The notes under the pieces were generated by a model, which was given only the letters and a program-made list of their open reading frames with translations, made no database searches and was not told the origin of the DNA. A stretch of DNA of 64,000 bases, from assembly GCF_022045235.1 (NCBI RefSeq), contig NW_027266267.1, positions 9,796,001 to 9,860,000 of the forward strand, given 5' to 3'. The position numbers and the translations under genes are program-made. Shown here piece by piece: positions 13,301 through 25,454 of the stretch. Position 1 is the stretch's first letter. Every line of letters begins with the position of its first letter. Source of the DNA: Haliotis cracherodii. Taxonomy: Eukaryota.

Positions 13301-16300
13301 CAACCAAGTCTATGAGCCTGAACGCCTGATCCCATTCGTCGTCTCTTACGACTAGCAAGAAGATGATGGGTTGTTCTAACCCGGACCTTCATAGATCATA
13401 CACGCACGAGCACTGATATGGTGTTCATAAAATAATCGACTCTGGAACAAGATTCTGGAACTCCTAGCGGACGCAGCTCCAGACAAGGAATTTTGGCACC
13501 CTAACACTGAAAACTCTTCGTGTTCTTAATAACAGTTGAATTCCATACCATACTACAAGAGCACAACGTAAGCAAACTTATATTTGTGTTGTAATCAAAT
13601 TGCTTGAAGCGGCGACAAATGGATTATATTTGGACAATAATTTGCAAGTGGCAGGTGTTTCTTATCGTGTTTCAGTTGAGAGTAAGAAAACCACAACCAC
13701 CCTGGGAATAACTAAACCAACAACTGAAGAATATGGTAAGTGCTCTCATCGTAAGTATGCCATGGGAACACTCAAGTAATATCTGGGTAGGCAACGTGAG
13801 CCACTGGTACGTTTCCGTCAATTCATTTCACCTGTGGTCTGGAGTCTTTCAATCCGGCCCGTTTTCATGTCAATAATCTGCTCTTTTCAGCAACAACTTC
13901 ACAACCAAGCACACGTTCTGTGACAACACAAACATCCAAGGATGACTGTAAGTTTTGTACCTCAGGAACATTTAGTCTGAAAGTAGAAAGTAATAAACAA
14001 CACAGTGATACGATAAAACACATCGCCATGCTTATTCAAATAATGAGTTCTCTCAAAATTGTGAATAATACACATGAGTCTGTCGGTAGTTTACATATTT
14101 TTCTTCGATAAAAGAAATGTTTGTGACTGTAGTATTTACGCTCTCAGAGGATGGTTATTACATTATTTTCACTATCAGCTATTTCAAGAGCACCTACATA
14201 AGCAAACATGGTGGCGGAGTCTTGAACTTTGCCGTTGATTCAGCTTTTGAGATTAGGAGATTTCCAGAACAGTAAAGTTATCAAAATGATTGTAATCTTC
14301 AATTCGTGCGAAGTCATCTTTGCTTGGACGTGTTTCTCAATTCTTCAACAGTTACTCATAGAAACTCCATGTGCCGATTCCAGTTCACATTAGATCCCAA
14401 TTACTGTCATCGTATCCCGACAATATGGGTCGTTGTTCATGCTATCAACTACTAGTTTGCCAGATTCGGTATACTAGGACCATGGCTGACTGTGGAATAA
14501 AACAACAAACTCATAATAACAGTTAATAAGATGCAAAGGTCATGTTGATGCCAATCGATATGTTTGAAAATCCATAACTCTCTATTTTCAGCAAGCAGTG
14601 ACAAAGGGACCTCAAGTGCCTCAACACTGATAACATCCCAGTTCAAAAGCAAGTATCAAAGATGCTTATTCAGTAAATATTAAAGACGTTATAGTCCATG
14701 TCCCATGTCTACTGAAAGTGTGTCTTTGCTGTTCAAGAGGGAAAATGGAATCACCGTTTTGTATCTTTGGACATTGAAAGTTCGTTGACCTCATGACTCA
14801 ATGTTACTTAATGATCCCAATGGAATACTTCTGAATCAAAGTCAGGTGGGATTATGTTGGTCGTGGTCTTTAGTTTTAGAGATTTTAGCCCAGTAAGGAT
14901 CTCGGGTTAGCAGTTGTTGAATTTGTCTTCGGAGGTAACAATAGATCGGGTAGATCATGGTTCGGTAATTGGGTTGTTCGAACCACGTGGTTGCTGGACT
15001 CAATTATATAAAGGCAGCCTATCAACAGCTGCCATATTGCTGAGTGAGGCGTAATTTAACAATAAAAAACATGTTAACCTTACACATTTAACTGAATTAC
15101 ACAATCCTCCGTGTTGCAGGCGTCGCGCCAGTCAAGTGATGACACCAATAGAGATGAATTACACGTGCATATTGCAGTTGCAGATTTGTATATGTTTATT
15201 TCACAGGCAGCAGAAAACCCACTTCTCATCAACCAACTGTACATGTGACGACACTTTCTCAGCCCGTGTCAAGTTCTGCAGAAAACAAGAACGGTAAAAC
15301 ATGCTCACGATATCAATATCAGTACACAAACCACAGCATGGTATTTTATGGTTGTGTTAAATGGACTTGAAATTAATTCTAGGCTTTGATTTGTATTCCC
15401 TTGGCAACATTATGAAGCGTTTCATTGTCTAGTTCCGTGTGTGGACACTGAATGTTTGGTTCAGAAGCAAAACCTCATATATTATTACATGATTCAATGT
15501 TTCGATTTCCAGTTTGTGTTAACATGCGGGAAAAACACATTCACATAAACAACAATTGACATGGATGTTTCAGAATCATGCATGATGATCTCCTGTTATA
15601 CACTTTTTCCTTATTACCCCCTGATGACCCTAAAGGTGCAAGTGCATTGTCCTCATTGCAAGCATACATGGGGGAAAGAAATTCCCCACACATTACAGTA
15701 CACATAAGACCGGTTTAATTGTAAATATATTGCTGAGTGCAGCGTTAAACAACAAACAAAACAAATAAGCAGCCGTAAATATGACACCAATCAGAGTTCA
15801 ATGCCCTAACTACCTCTGAAAGCTTTGAATAAAGACTCTACAAGCGTATGCATGCTTTATACCGCTGACTGAATTAAGAAACGAGGAATACTCTCTATTT
15901 TCAGCAAGCAGTGACAAAGGTACCTCAAGTGCCTCAACACTGACAACATCCCAGTTCAAAAGCAAGTATCAAAGATGCTTATTCAGTAAATATTAAAGAC
16001 GTTATAGTCCATGTCCCATGTCTACTGAAAGTGTGTCTTTGCTGTTCAAGAGGGAAAATGGAATCACCGTTTTGTATCTTTGGACATTGAAAGTTCGTTG
16101 ACCTCATGACTCAATGTTACTTAATGATCCCAATGGAATACTTCTGAATCAAAGTCAGGTGGGATTATGTTGGTCGTGGTCCTTAGTTTTAGAGATTTTA
16201 GCCCAGTAAGGATCTCAGGTTAGCAGTTGTTGAATTTGTCTTCGGAGGTAACAATAGATCGGGTAGATCATGGTTCGGTAATTGGGTTGTTCGAACCACG

Positions 16301-19300
16301 TGGTTGCTGGACTCAATTATATAAAGGCAGCCTATCAACAGCTGCCATATTGCTGAGTGAGGCGTAATTTAACAATAAATAACATGTTAACCTTACACAT
16401 TTAACTGAATTACACAATCCTCCGTGTTGCAGGCGTCGCGCCAGTCAAGTGATGACACCAATAGAGATGAATTACACGTGCATGTTGCAGTTGCAGATTT
16501 GTATATGTTTATTTCACAGGCAGCAGAAAACCCACTTCTCATCAACCAACTGTGCATGTGACGACACTTTCTCAGCCCGTGTCAAGTTCTGCAGAAAACA
16601 AGAACGGTAAAACATGCTCATGATATCAATATCAGTACACAAACCACAGCATGGTATTTTATGGTTGTGTTAAATGGACTTGAAATTAATTCTAGGCTTT
16701 GATTTGTATTCCCTTGGCAACATTATGAAGCGTTTCATTGTCTAGTTCCATGTGTGGACACTGAATGTTTGGTTCAGAAGCAAAACCTCATATATTATTA
16801 CATAATTCAATGTTTCGATTTCCAATTTGTGTTAACATGCGGGAAAAACACATTCACATAAACAACAATTGACATGGATGTTTCAGAATCATGCATGATG
16901 ATCTCCTGTTATACACTTTTTCCTTATTACCCCCTGATGACCCTAAAGGTGCAAGTGCATTGTCCTCATTGCAAGCATACATGGGGGAAAGAAATTCCCC
17001 ACACATTACAGTACACATAAGACCGGTTTAATTGTAAATATATTGCTGAGTGCAGCGTTAAACAACAAACAAAACAAATAAGCAGCCGTAAATATGACAC
17101 CAATCAGAGTTCAATGCCCTAACTACGTCTGAAAGCTTTGAATAAAGACTCTACAAGCGTATGTATGATTTATACCGCTGACTGAATTAAGAAACGAGGA
17201 ATACTTCATGTTTAACATTACATCACTAATTTAGCAAATAATTATACGTATGAATACGTCTAAAATTGGTGAATCCTTGTTCTTTACAGATATTATCCTG
17301 TATGCTGTAATTGGATCAGCGATTGCTGTTGTAGTGATTACAACTGTGGCTGTGACTGTGTGTCTTGTCTGTGTCAAGAAAATGATAGGTAAATACTACA
17401 GCAGTGTTATAGTATATGCGTATATAAAGGAAAGAACATTATATTCTGTTCAATAAGCCATTTATCAAAAGCATTCCAAGCTATACGGCTTTAAAAACAA
17501 TATAATAGATGGCAGGCGGTTAGTATCACAGAGACACTACATTAAAACTGAATTTGCAAGATAATAACTATTATGCTAATATTGTTGACTTTGAGCTTTA
17601 AGCATTCGAAGACAAGGAACATATGCATGTACTCTTTACTTATTAGTTTAAAGATGGTTATATTTAAAAATAATATGTTATGTAATTCAATGTTACGTGA
17701 TGCACTTTGCCTTCTATGAATGTTTGCCATTGATGTTTAACTTCATCGTTTCAGGTCGTAAGGACACTGACAAACATAAGTATGTACAACACATGAATAA
17801 CTTACATTATACCGTCCGTATCTTCATTAATTAGGACGATAGTGTGATTTAGTGTAGTAGGCATACAGTCCTGGATATCGGCATGCAATTAATGACGGAT
17901 ACGCTTGTATGTACTCCGGATGTAAGCCCAACAAAAATAATAAGTTATCAAAGATAGTGTTTTACCATAAGGTGCAATCCGTGTCAAAGATATTTGTTAC
18001 AGTCTAATGTGTTGGAGCATGTGTCTCAGTCCATTCATCTCGAACATCTCTGAAGTGTAAAATGTGTTCGGCCAAAGTGACCGACATTGCTCTCATTACT
18101 AGAAAGTGTTAACTTCTGTGCTCCGTACTTCTGTAAATGATCTACGTCTAGCTTTTAGTCCATGGTTCCATAATGTGTCTGAACATTCATTTTCAGAAAT
18201 GATAAGGGCACACCGGAAGGTAACAATGGAGATGTAAACATGGATGGTTTGTATTCTCATTTCAATATACTTCGTGTACCTTTCTATTTACTTCCTGTAC
18301 ATTTCTATATACTTTGTGTACATGCCTATATATGCTGTGTAAATTTCTATATATGTCGTGTACATTTCTATATTCTTCGTGTACATATCTATATACTTCA
18401 CGTACATTTGTATATACTTTGTGTACATTTTTATATATGTTGTGTACATTTCTATATACTTCGTGTACATTTCTATATACTTTGTTTACATTTCTATATA
18501 CTTTGTGTACATTTCTATATACTTCGTGTACATTTCTATATACTTCGTGTACGTTTCTATATACTTTGTTTACATTTCTATATACTTTGTGTACATTTCT
18601 ATATACTTCGTGTACATTTATATATACTTTGTGTACATTTCTATATACTTCGTGTAAGTTTCTATATACTTCGTGTACATTTCTATATACTTTGTGTACA
18701 TTTCTATATACTTCGTGTACATTTATATATACTTCGTGTACATTTCTATATACTTTGTGTACATTTCTATATACTTCGTGTACATTTCTATATACTTCGT
18801 GTACGTTTCTATATACTTCGTGTACATTTCTATACACACCGTGTACATTTCTATATACTTTGTGTACATTTCTATATACATTGTGTACATTTCTATAGCT
18901 TCGTGTACATTTCTATATACTTCACGTACATTTCTATATACTTCGTGTACATTTCTATATATGTCGTGTACATTTCTATATACGTCATGTACATATCAAT
19001 ATACTTTGTGTACATTTCTATATACTTCTTGTACATTTCTATATACTTCGTGTACATTTCTATATATGCCGTGTACATTTTTATATACTTTGTGTACATT
19101 TCTATATATTTTGTGTACATTTCTATATACTTCGTGTACCTTTCTACATACATTGTGGAATTTTCTATATACTTCACGTATATTTGTATATACTTCGTGT
19201 ACATTTATATATATGTTCTGTACATTTCTATTTACTTCGTGTACATTACTATATACTTCACGTACATGTGTATATACTTCGTGTACATTTCTATATACTT

Positions 19301-20993
19301 CACGTACATGTGTATATACTTAGTGTACATTTCTATATACTTTGTGTACATTTCTATATACTTTGTGTACATTTCTATATATGTTGTGTACATTTCTATA
19401 TACTTCATGTACATTGGTATATACTTTGTGTACATGTCTATTTTTGTTGTGTACAATTCTATATATGTCATGTACATTTCTATATACTTTGTGTACATGT
19501 CTATATATGTCGTGTACATTTGTATATACTTTGTGTACATTTCTATACATGTGTACATTTCTATATACTTCGTGTACATTTCTATATATGTTGTGTACAT
19601 TTCTATATACTTCGTATACATTTCTATACACACCGTGTACATTTCTATATACTTCGTGTACATTTCTATATACTTTGTGTACATTTTTAAATATTTCGTG
19701 TCCATTTCTATATAAGTCATGTACATTCTAATAAACGTTTCGTTGCAGTGATGGTCGACAATGAAGCTTATGTTCAATATGCCTACATTGAAGATACAAA
19801 CAGTTGTGATGTGCAGTATGAAAGAGAAACTGCAGGTAGTAGTGCACATTTAACAACAGAATTAACGAGTCATGATGGAATCTTGTTTAGGTATTTCATT
19901 CCGATTTTACCATAACATGGGAATCTTTCATATTACCAAATTATCAAGATGCAATTGTACTTTTGATATTGCTAACAGTTAAAGAGCACAATAGTTCTAG
20001 TAGTTTTATAGTATTTAATGTCCTTTTCAAAACCAGATTGATTAGTGTAGAATATTAGTGGTGGGCGGTAATGAGTGTCTGTGGTCTGAGCGTCAAAATA
20101 AAATCGCACACTAATGATGAAACTAATTTTATTTTATTAACATTAAGTTAAAGCTTGATACGTCGAGTATTGTCTTAGCTCAACACGAGAACAACCATAT
20201 AATCTATCATTCAACTCTTATTCCAAATATATTGCAATGTGAACGTGTTTAGCGCTTGACTAACGTAAAATAAGTCTGGTTCATTTGTCACGTGGAACAC
20301 CCATGCTCCTGAACATCACAATATCAATATATGACTTAAACATAATTCCTATATAGTACACAATGTGAAGACAAGCCATGTCAAGAGAAACTATGGGGTA
20401 GATGCAATCACGTGTGAGAGCGATTTTGTAGAGGTTAACTGTGTACTGGTGTGTCATTGTGTCGCCTTATTGTCCCCGGGGCAACGGTTGTCCAGTCATC
20501 TGAGAAGCCGCAATTCATTGTACAGAGTTGTGTCCCCCCATTTTTATAACTCACTCACTTCAATTGTTTCAGAAATGGTCGACAACGTCTGTTATCATGG
20601 GTATTCGGACAGCGACGTCTCGGACACCTCGTACTGGGAGGTAGGCGGATGGAACTTATAGTCTCCCCCCTCCATACATGTCTTTGTTACAAATTCAAGT
20701 TGCCGACACTGAAATAGGAATGAAGCATATATATTGTATGCCAAACTATCTAAATTTGTGCAAGTAACGTGTTTATTTATTATTTTCCTTTAACTTCTCA
20801 AAGTTAAACTATTTATTTGTTGATAGCAGTTAATGTTATAACAATTAATAATCCATCACGTTGTCATATAATCTAGGTGTTAAACAACAAATGTAAACTG
20901 TATTATCCATCTCTCAGTCACGTCCTACATTCTTTATGTTGACAGTACAACGGCCCCGCTGATGAGCGTGCTGGATCTGACAGCAAGGACTAG
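4386..20993 (+). CDS. Type I membrane IgSF receptor: signal peptide, 2 V-like Ig domains, mucin-like S/T stalk, TM helix, Tyr-rich tail (~537 aa, ~17 exons)
   Basis: Phase-compatible exons: 4386-4400 (MAADT), 10586-10667 (signal peptide LYAAVVLICGVLG), 11554-11880 (Ig1), 12141-12488 (Ig2), stalk 12681-12740, 13676-13735, 13891-13947, 14592-14648, 15207-15293, 15905-15961, 16520-16606, TM 17290-17388 (IILYAVIGSAIAVVVITTVAVTVCLVCV-KK), tail 17755-17779, 18197-18246 (alternative donor after 18219), 19749-19835, 20573-20640, 20946-20993 (TAG). Ig domains show the SC...WYR...GR...D-x-x-SVW-x-C pattern with 70 and 74 aa between cysteines. First and last exons are the least certain. Confidence 0.8.
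4428..4456. repeat. (GAGT)n microsatellite
   Basis: GTGAGTGAGTGAG... run. Confidence 0.9.
4497..9028. repeat. 62-bp satellite array (~73 units) with a 1613-bp (26-unit) higher-order repeat, in intron 1 of the Ig gene
   Basis: Consensus AGAACATTACATGTATGTAACGCAGTGGATGGTCAAGCACCGTCACAGTGACCGTAGCAGAG with period 62 (AACATT at 4561, 4623, 4685...). Rare variants recur 1613 bp apart. Confidence 0.97.
9075..10508 (-). mobile_element. Tc1/mariner (DD34E) transposon, frameshifted, 3' TIR lost
   Basis: ORF fragments WGQVLFTEESRF (9606-9962) and QHDNARPH...SPDLSPIEHMW...GHTSY (9198-9533). TIR TACTCAACAACAAAAGTTCCTGTGACA at ~10480-10507. Same family as 41980-43051. Confidence 0.92.
13154..13397 (-). 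mobile_element. SINE-like retroposon, CGTAAGAGGCGACTAA family
   Basis: Aligns with copies at 45955, 49355, 53775 and 61394 (CAATATTCCAGCTAT...TCTGGACC...CAATCCAGTGAT...). Confidence 0.85.
14577..17202 (+). repeat. Tandem duplication, 2 x 1313 bp (14577-15889 / 15890-17202), carrying two stalk exons per copy
   Basis: Near-identical copies at offset 1313 with only scattered substitutions; 3-bp ACT microhomology at the junctions. Confidence 0.95.
18265..19730. repeat. 21-bp minisatellite (~70 units), intronic
   Basis: Consensus GTGTACATTTCTATATACTTC. It accounts for all the low-complexity ORFs in 18240-19849. Confidence 0.97.
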
Positions 20994-22994
20994 TGAGTAT
21001 ATGGACGGATCATAATCATTACCATAAGACTGGAATATGTGTGTATCATTTGAGCAATATGTACTGATAGCCGCTATCCCCTACTATTCGGAGCCTTCTC
21101 ATCAGACATGCCAAAACACTGAATGCTGCCATTATACTGACACTGGTTGACCTAATATATAAGCACGAAAGTGCGTATTTGGGCGTTGATATTTTGATCC
21201 AATGGAATTTTCTCTTCTGCGGATTTCAAGGGAAAAACGTGGATCTCTGCTATCCTTCACCTGTCGTAAGTGTGAGTGAGTTGGGTTTAACGCCTCTGTT
21301 AACAGTATTCCAGTTATATCACGGCGGTTGTCGTTCACCCTTTTAGTCAGTCGTTCCATATGTCCAGACACCACTATTACAGGCTCCCGAGACATACGAG
21401 GACATATTGAAGACTGCCGCGACGACACACATTCACGGTCGATAATGTTAACGTTGTAGATGTACGTTGTATGTTGTTATTCCAGATAATGCATTCAGCA
21501 TGGTGGCTGTCAAGATTACCTGAATGAACAACAAAACCTGGACAGACAACAACTCGTGTCAGAACAAACTGCAAAACATACGGACACACTTTGGAAAGGA
21601 ATTTTGTCCACGAAAATGAAACTAAATTGTTCTTGGTCGTCGTACGTGTTCAAATCTCATTCGATGTGTATCGAGATGTACTGCCAATATTGTTTTATTG
21701 TAATTATTTTTTAGTTTAAGTGGATTATATGTTATATGCGTGTGTCAGTATAATACATCCATGGAATGTTCAGTGCATTATTTTATCATTGGAAAGCATT
21801 GAACTGATAGGTTTTCGTTGATGCGGATACGGATATACTAATCTCTTATGTAAATGCTTGGTATTATGTGTATGACAGTTGCTTTTATATTTTCCCTCTG
21901 CGTGGGTGTACGTGTATAAAGAAAAATTAAGTGATATGATTCATGTCATCTGTACGTGTATATATATTCAAATTGATATTAATATCATTACATACAGATT
22001 TGCCATTCAACTTGATATTATCATTAGTACATGTGGTATTAATATAATTATTGTGTTTCAATTTGTTATATCAAATCAATATCGTAGTTCATGATTATTG
22101 TATTAAACTTGATCACATGTTATGCATGTTGTATGCTAAGAATACCACAGTTTTGCCTCTATTGATGCTGTGGTAATACAGAAGCTCTCTTTATGCTGTG
22201 TGGGGTCATGAAGTGTATTTGAGTTATTGGATGCTTATTTGTTATCAATAAAAACAACGTGACAGTATCACGTATAAAACGATATGAAGCAAAGGGAGGT
22301 AAATAAGACGAACCAAGTAAGCTAAGTAGATCTGAATGATACATACGACTATATGTTCACATTCAGTAGCTTTCCCACACAACCAATTAACGAATCACTT
22401 ACACCTTGTGTTCCAACTGGAAGTTGAATATATGCAGGTCAATTAGAAAACTATGGATTAGAAAAGCTTAAACAATTTGAATATTTGTAAAATGTTCATG
22501 CTCGCGATCTCATTTGTTGTTTGACATTCTACCATGAATTTGGAATTTACTCGAATCTGATTGGTCAATCAGAGGCTATTAAATCACAATAAACCCCCTC
22601 TGATTGAAACAACTGGTTTGACGGCCGCATCACCGCGGAAGCTAATATTCATAGAATAGTACTATTTTCAATCATTGTCGGTAGGCATATTCAAATAACT
22701 ATATCTACAATTACAGGTTACAAAATGCACAGATGCGGTTACTACAATATTCAAAGGATGTGTGGCAATACATTTCGTGCAGAAAAACATGACAGAAATC
22801 AACAAAGGGAATGTATTTACGTTTTGGAGACAACAGAGAGCTTGGAATTTTGGCGCTTTTCTATATACGACTGTTCGGTGATTATGTAATTCAGATCGAT
22901 AACCGACCCAAAACTCTGAACTCAACCCATGCCGCTTCACTCAGTATATTTGCTAACACCAAAGAGTTCGCATTTTATTTAGTCATGGTAGAAT

Positions 22995-23162
22995 GGAGAT
23001 AAACATACTGTGTTTTCAATGTAGAGCTAGGTTATCTGTAGATTTAACCGCGCTAATTTAACATTTGAAACCTCACGCTGCGCGTTCGGTTCCAAATTTA
23101 ATTTAGAGGTTAAATCTACAGGTAACCTAGCTCTACATTGAACACACAGTATGTTTATCTCC
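22995..23162. repeat. Long hairpin/palindrome (~55-bp arms), probably the end of a non-autonomous DNA element
   Basis: GGAGATAAACATACTGTGTTTTCAATGTAGAGCTAGGTTATCTGTAGATTTAACC is the near-perfect reverse complement of GGTTAAATCTACAGGTAACCTAGCTCTACATTGAACACACAGTATGTTTATCTCC. Confidence 0.85.
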
Positions 23163-24424
23163 TAATTGATATATGTGTCCGTTCTTCTTTGAGCTAAGTG
23201 TCAGTTGTTGTATGTTTTGATGTGTTAGTTGTTTTACGCCGCAGTCAACAACGTTATCATGGCGGCCTGTACCCAGTGGGTGATAGCATGAGCACGTTCA
23301 CGGCGACGGTGCACAATGACGCAATCAGACAAGTTCCGCAGCCAGACCATCCGATCCGAATTTTAGTTGGCTCTCACTACAAAATATTATTATTGTGTCT
23401 GCGCAGCGTTCACTCAATATTCTAACGGTACATGTTTCAGTCAGTCAATCATTTACAGGTGTACTCGAGATGGAGGGAATACTGCCTCATAAATAATATT
23501 GTAACTCCACAGTGTTCACTCAATATCCCAATGCTGGCGATCGTCCCTTACTTTATACATTTTACTGTTGAAATGCATGTATGTACTCACATGTATGAGA
23601 TAAAACATTCACAGAACATTGTCTACTCTTGTCTTATCTTCCAAAACGAACGTTCAGTCTCTCTAACTCACTCCTTCAATTGACTACAACTTGGTAGGGG
23701 CAATGTTCATCCATTCAGACCTGTAGTATGTAACTGGCCACAAATCACAATATTTCAATCGGTTTTATGCCTGGAGCCAAAACATCTTAACAAAGAAAGA
23801 AGATCGAAAGCTATCACAAGATTTGATATCCAGGGCGACGAGTTATTTCTTTTAATTATTCTTGATTTTCAATTTTGAGGGACACCTGTATTGATTCAAG
23901 GCTTGTGCACAAATGACTTGATAATCACAAACCCTGAGCAGTTTCTGCACATTTGTTGACTGATTTTACATGGCACGGTTTGTAATGTCTGTAAATGAAT
24001 CCCTACTTGTTTTACAATCAAAACAAATCAACACCCAAGTCCCTCAAGTTCAACCTCAATGTATGTCATTCTCATCCAGCATACGGCTATTATCGTAGCC
24101 GGCAAGTGTTTGTTTGGTAGATACAAGCTTGTGGTTCGCTAACGATAATTTGCAGACCGCTTCATTCAGTATTGAATCGTTTGAACCCGGGGTCTATATG
24201 CACAGTCACTGGCTTGTGATCCAGGTTTACCTCGCACTGCAGTACCAAACGTACCTGCTAAACTGCAGCTGACGTTTTTCACTGGCACACGTCAGCAAGA
24301 TCGTTGTCCAGTAAGGAAGTTTCAAATTGATCGGTCCACATCTGCCAAGGTATCTTCGGCTTTCCAGAGTTGTAAAGCTACAATTATTACTCTTAAAGTG
24401 AATACAACCCAGGACGAGATGTAA

Positions 24425-24740
24425 AGGGGTTCGATCCCCGGCATATCGAAACGTTAAGAGATGGTACTTGTTGTTACCCTGTCTGGTGTTCGGCATTAAG
24501 GGACAACCACATGGACTACTCAGTATACTGTATCTGAGTGGGGATTTCATGTTAAAGAGTGGAGTATTCATCTTAAACTGCGGCATGGTTTCTCAGTGGG
24601 CTAGCATTGTACATCGGCATCAGTCCGGACTAGTGCAAGTAGCCACCCACACGCACACACAAACACACATATAAACACACTCACGCACACACGTGCATGC
24701 ACGTGGCTATATAAGTGCAATAATCTTGGACGCGACATTA
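24425..24740 (+). mobile_element. Degenerate tRNA-SINE (related to 60965-61185)
   Basis: B box GGTTCGATCCCC. Shares AGATGGTACTTGTT..., AGTGGAGTATTCA...TTAAACTGCGGCATGG and GCTATATAAGTGCA..TCTTGGACGC with the 61-kb copy. Confidence 0.65.
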
Positions 24741-25454
24741 TCAGCAAATAGATAATTCCCTTCCAATGATTGACTAGTGTTTTGGTAGTGACCTAGAAGT
24801 GACAGTATGGAGTTATGATGAGAATCAAAACGCCTATCAACAATATTTGTGCAATTCCATGTTTAAGCGTTCCAGATTGGTGTGACATAACGTTCACGAG
24901 ATTTGGCTGTCAACACATCAACACTTTACTCTGTTTGAATTGACTCAGTCCTCCGTACGTGTGCTGTGACTGTGAGCAGAGGGATTCCTGTCTGCAAGTA
25001 CAGTTCATGCTATCCCTTCGTTAGTTGTAGCATCATGGGAAGTAACCTTGCACATAACCACCAAGCACTGTATGTCACATAGATATACCCAGAGAGGCGG
25101 CCCAACACAGATGCCCAACACACAGGCAGGCGATTCTCCTCCGCCTGATATTGATTTTTACAATCCTGGTTTATAGAACCTCAATTTGAAATGGATTCCT
25201 TTCCCTTCCTGACACTGAAGTGTAATGTAAATATACCACATTTATCATATTGACATTATCTTTCTTGTTGATATAATTGTAGGAAGGTTAGTGTAAAAAT
25301 ACATATTTCTCATCAATTAACGAAGTCCATATTTTTGGAATATTGACGGTAATGATATTCCGTTCCATTTCATGTCCGATTGTGTTTGTAGTTGCATTTC
25401 TCAAACACTAACAACAGAAGCTATAAATACGTAAGCCCTTGTATGTTACTCCAT

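Noticed and set aside
14174-14420. Additional stalk exons
   Set aside because: Candidate acceptors lead to an in-frame stop or lack a convincing donor.
15620-15645. Hammerhead ribozyme cores (CTGATGA at ~15622, ~16935, ~45665)
   Set aside because: A short stem follows, but the GAAA and stems I/III are missing.
18240-19849. Long ORFs (up to 491 aa) on both strands as stand-alone genes
   Set aside because: They are translations of a 21-bp minisatellite lying inside an intron.
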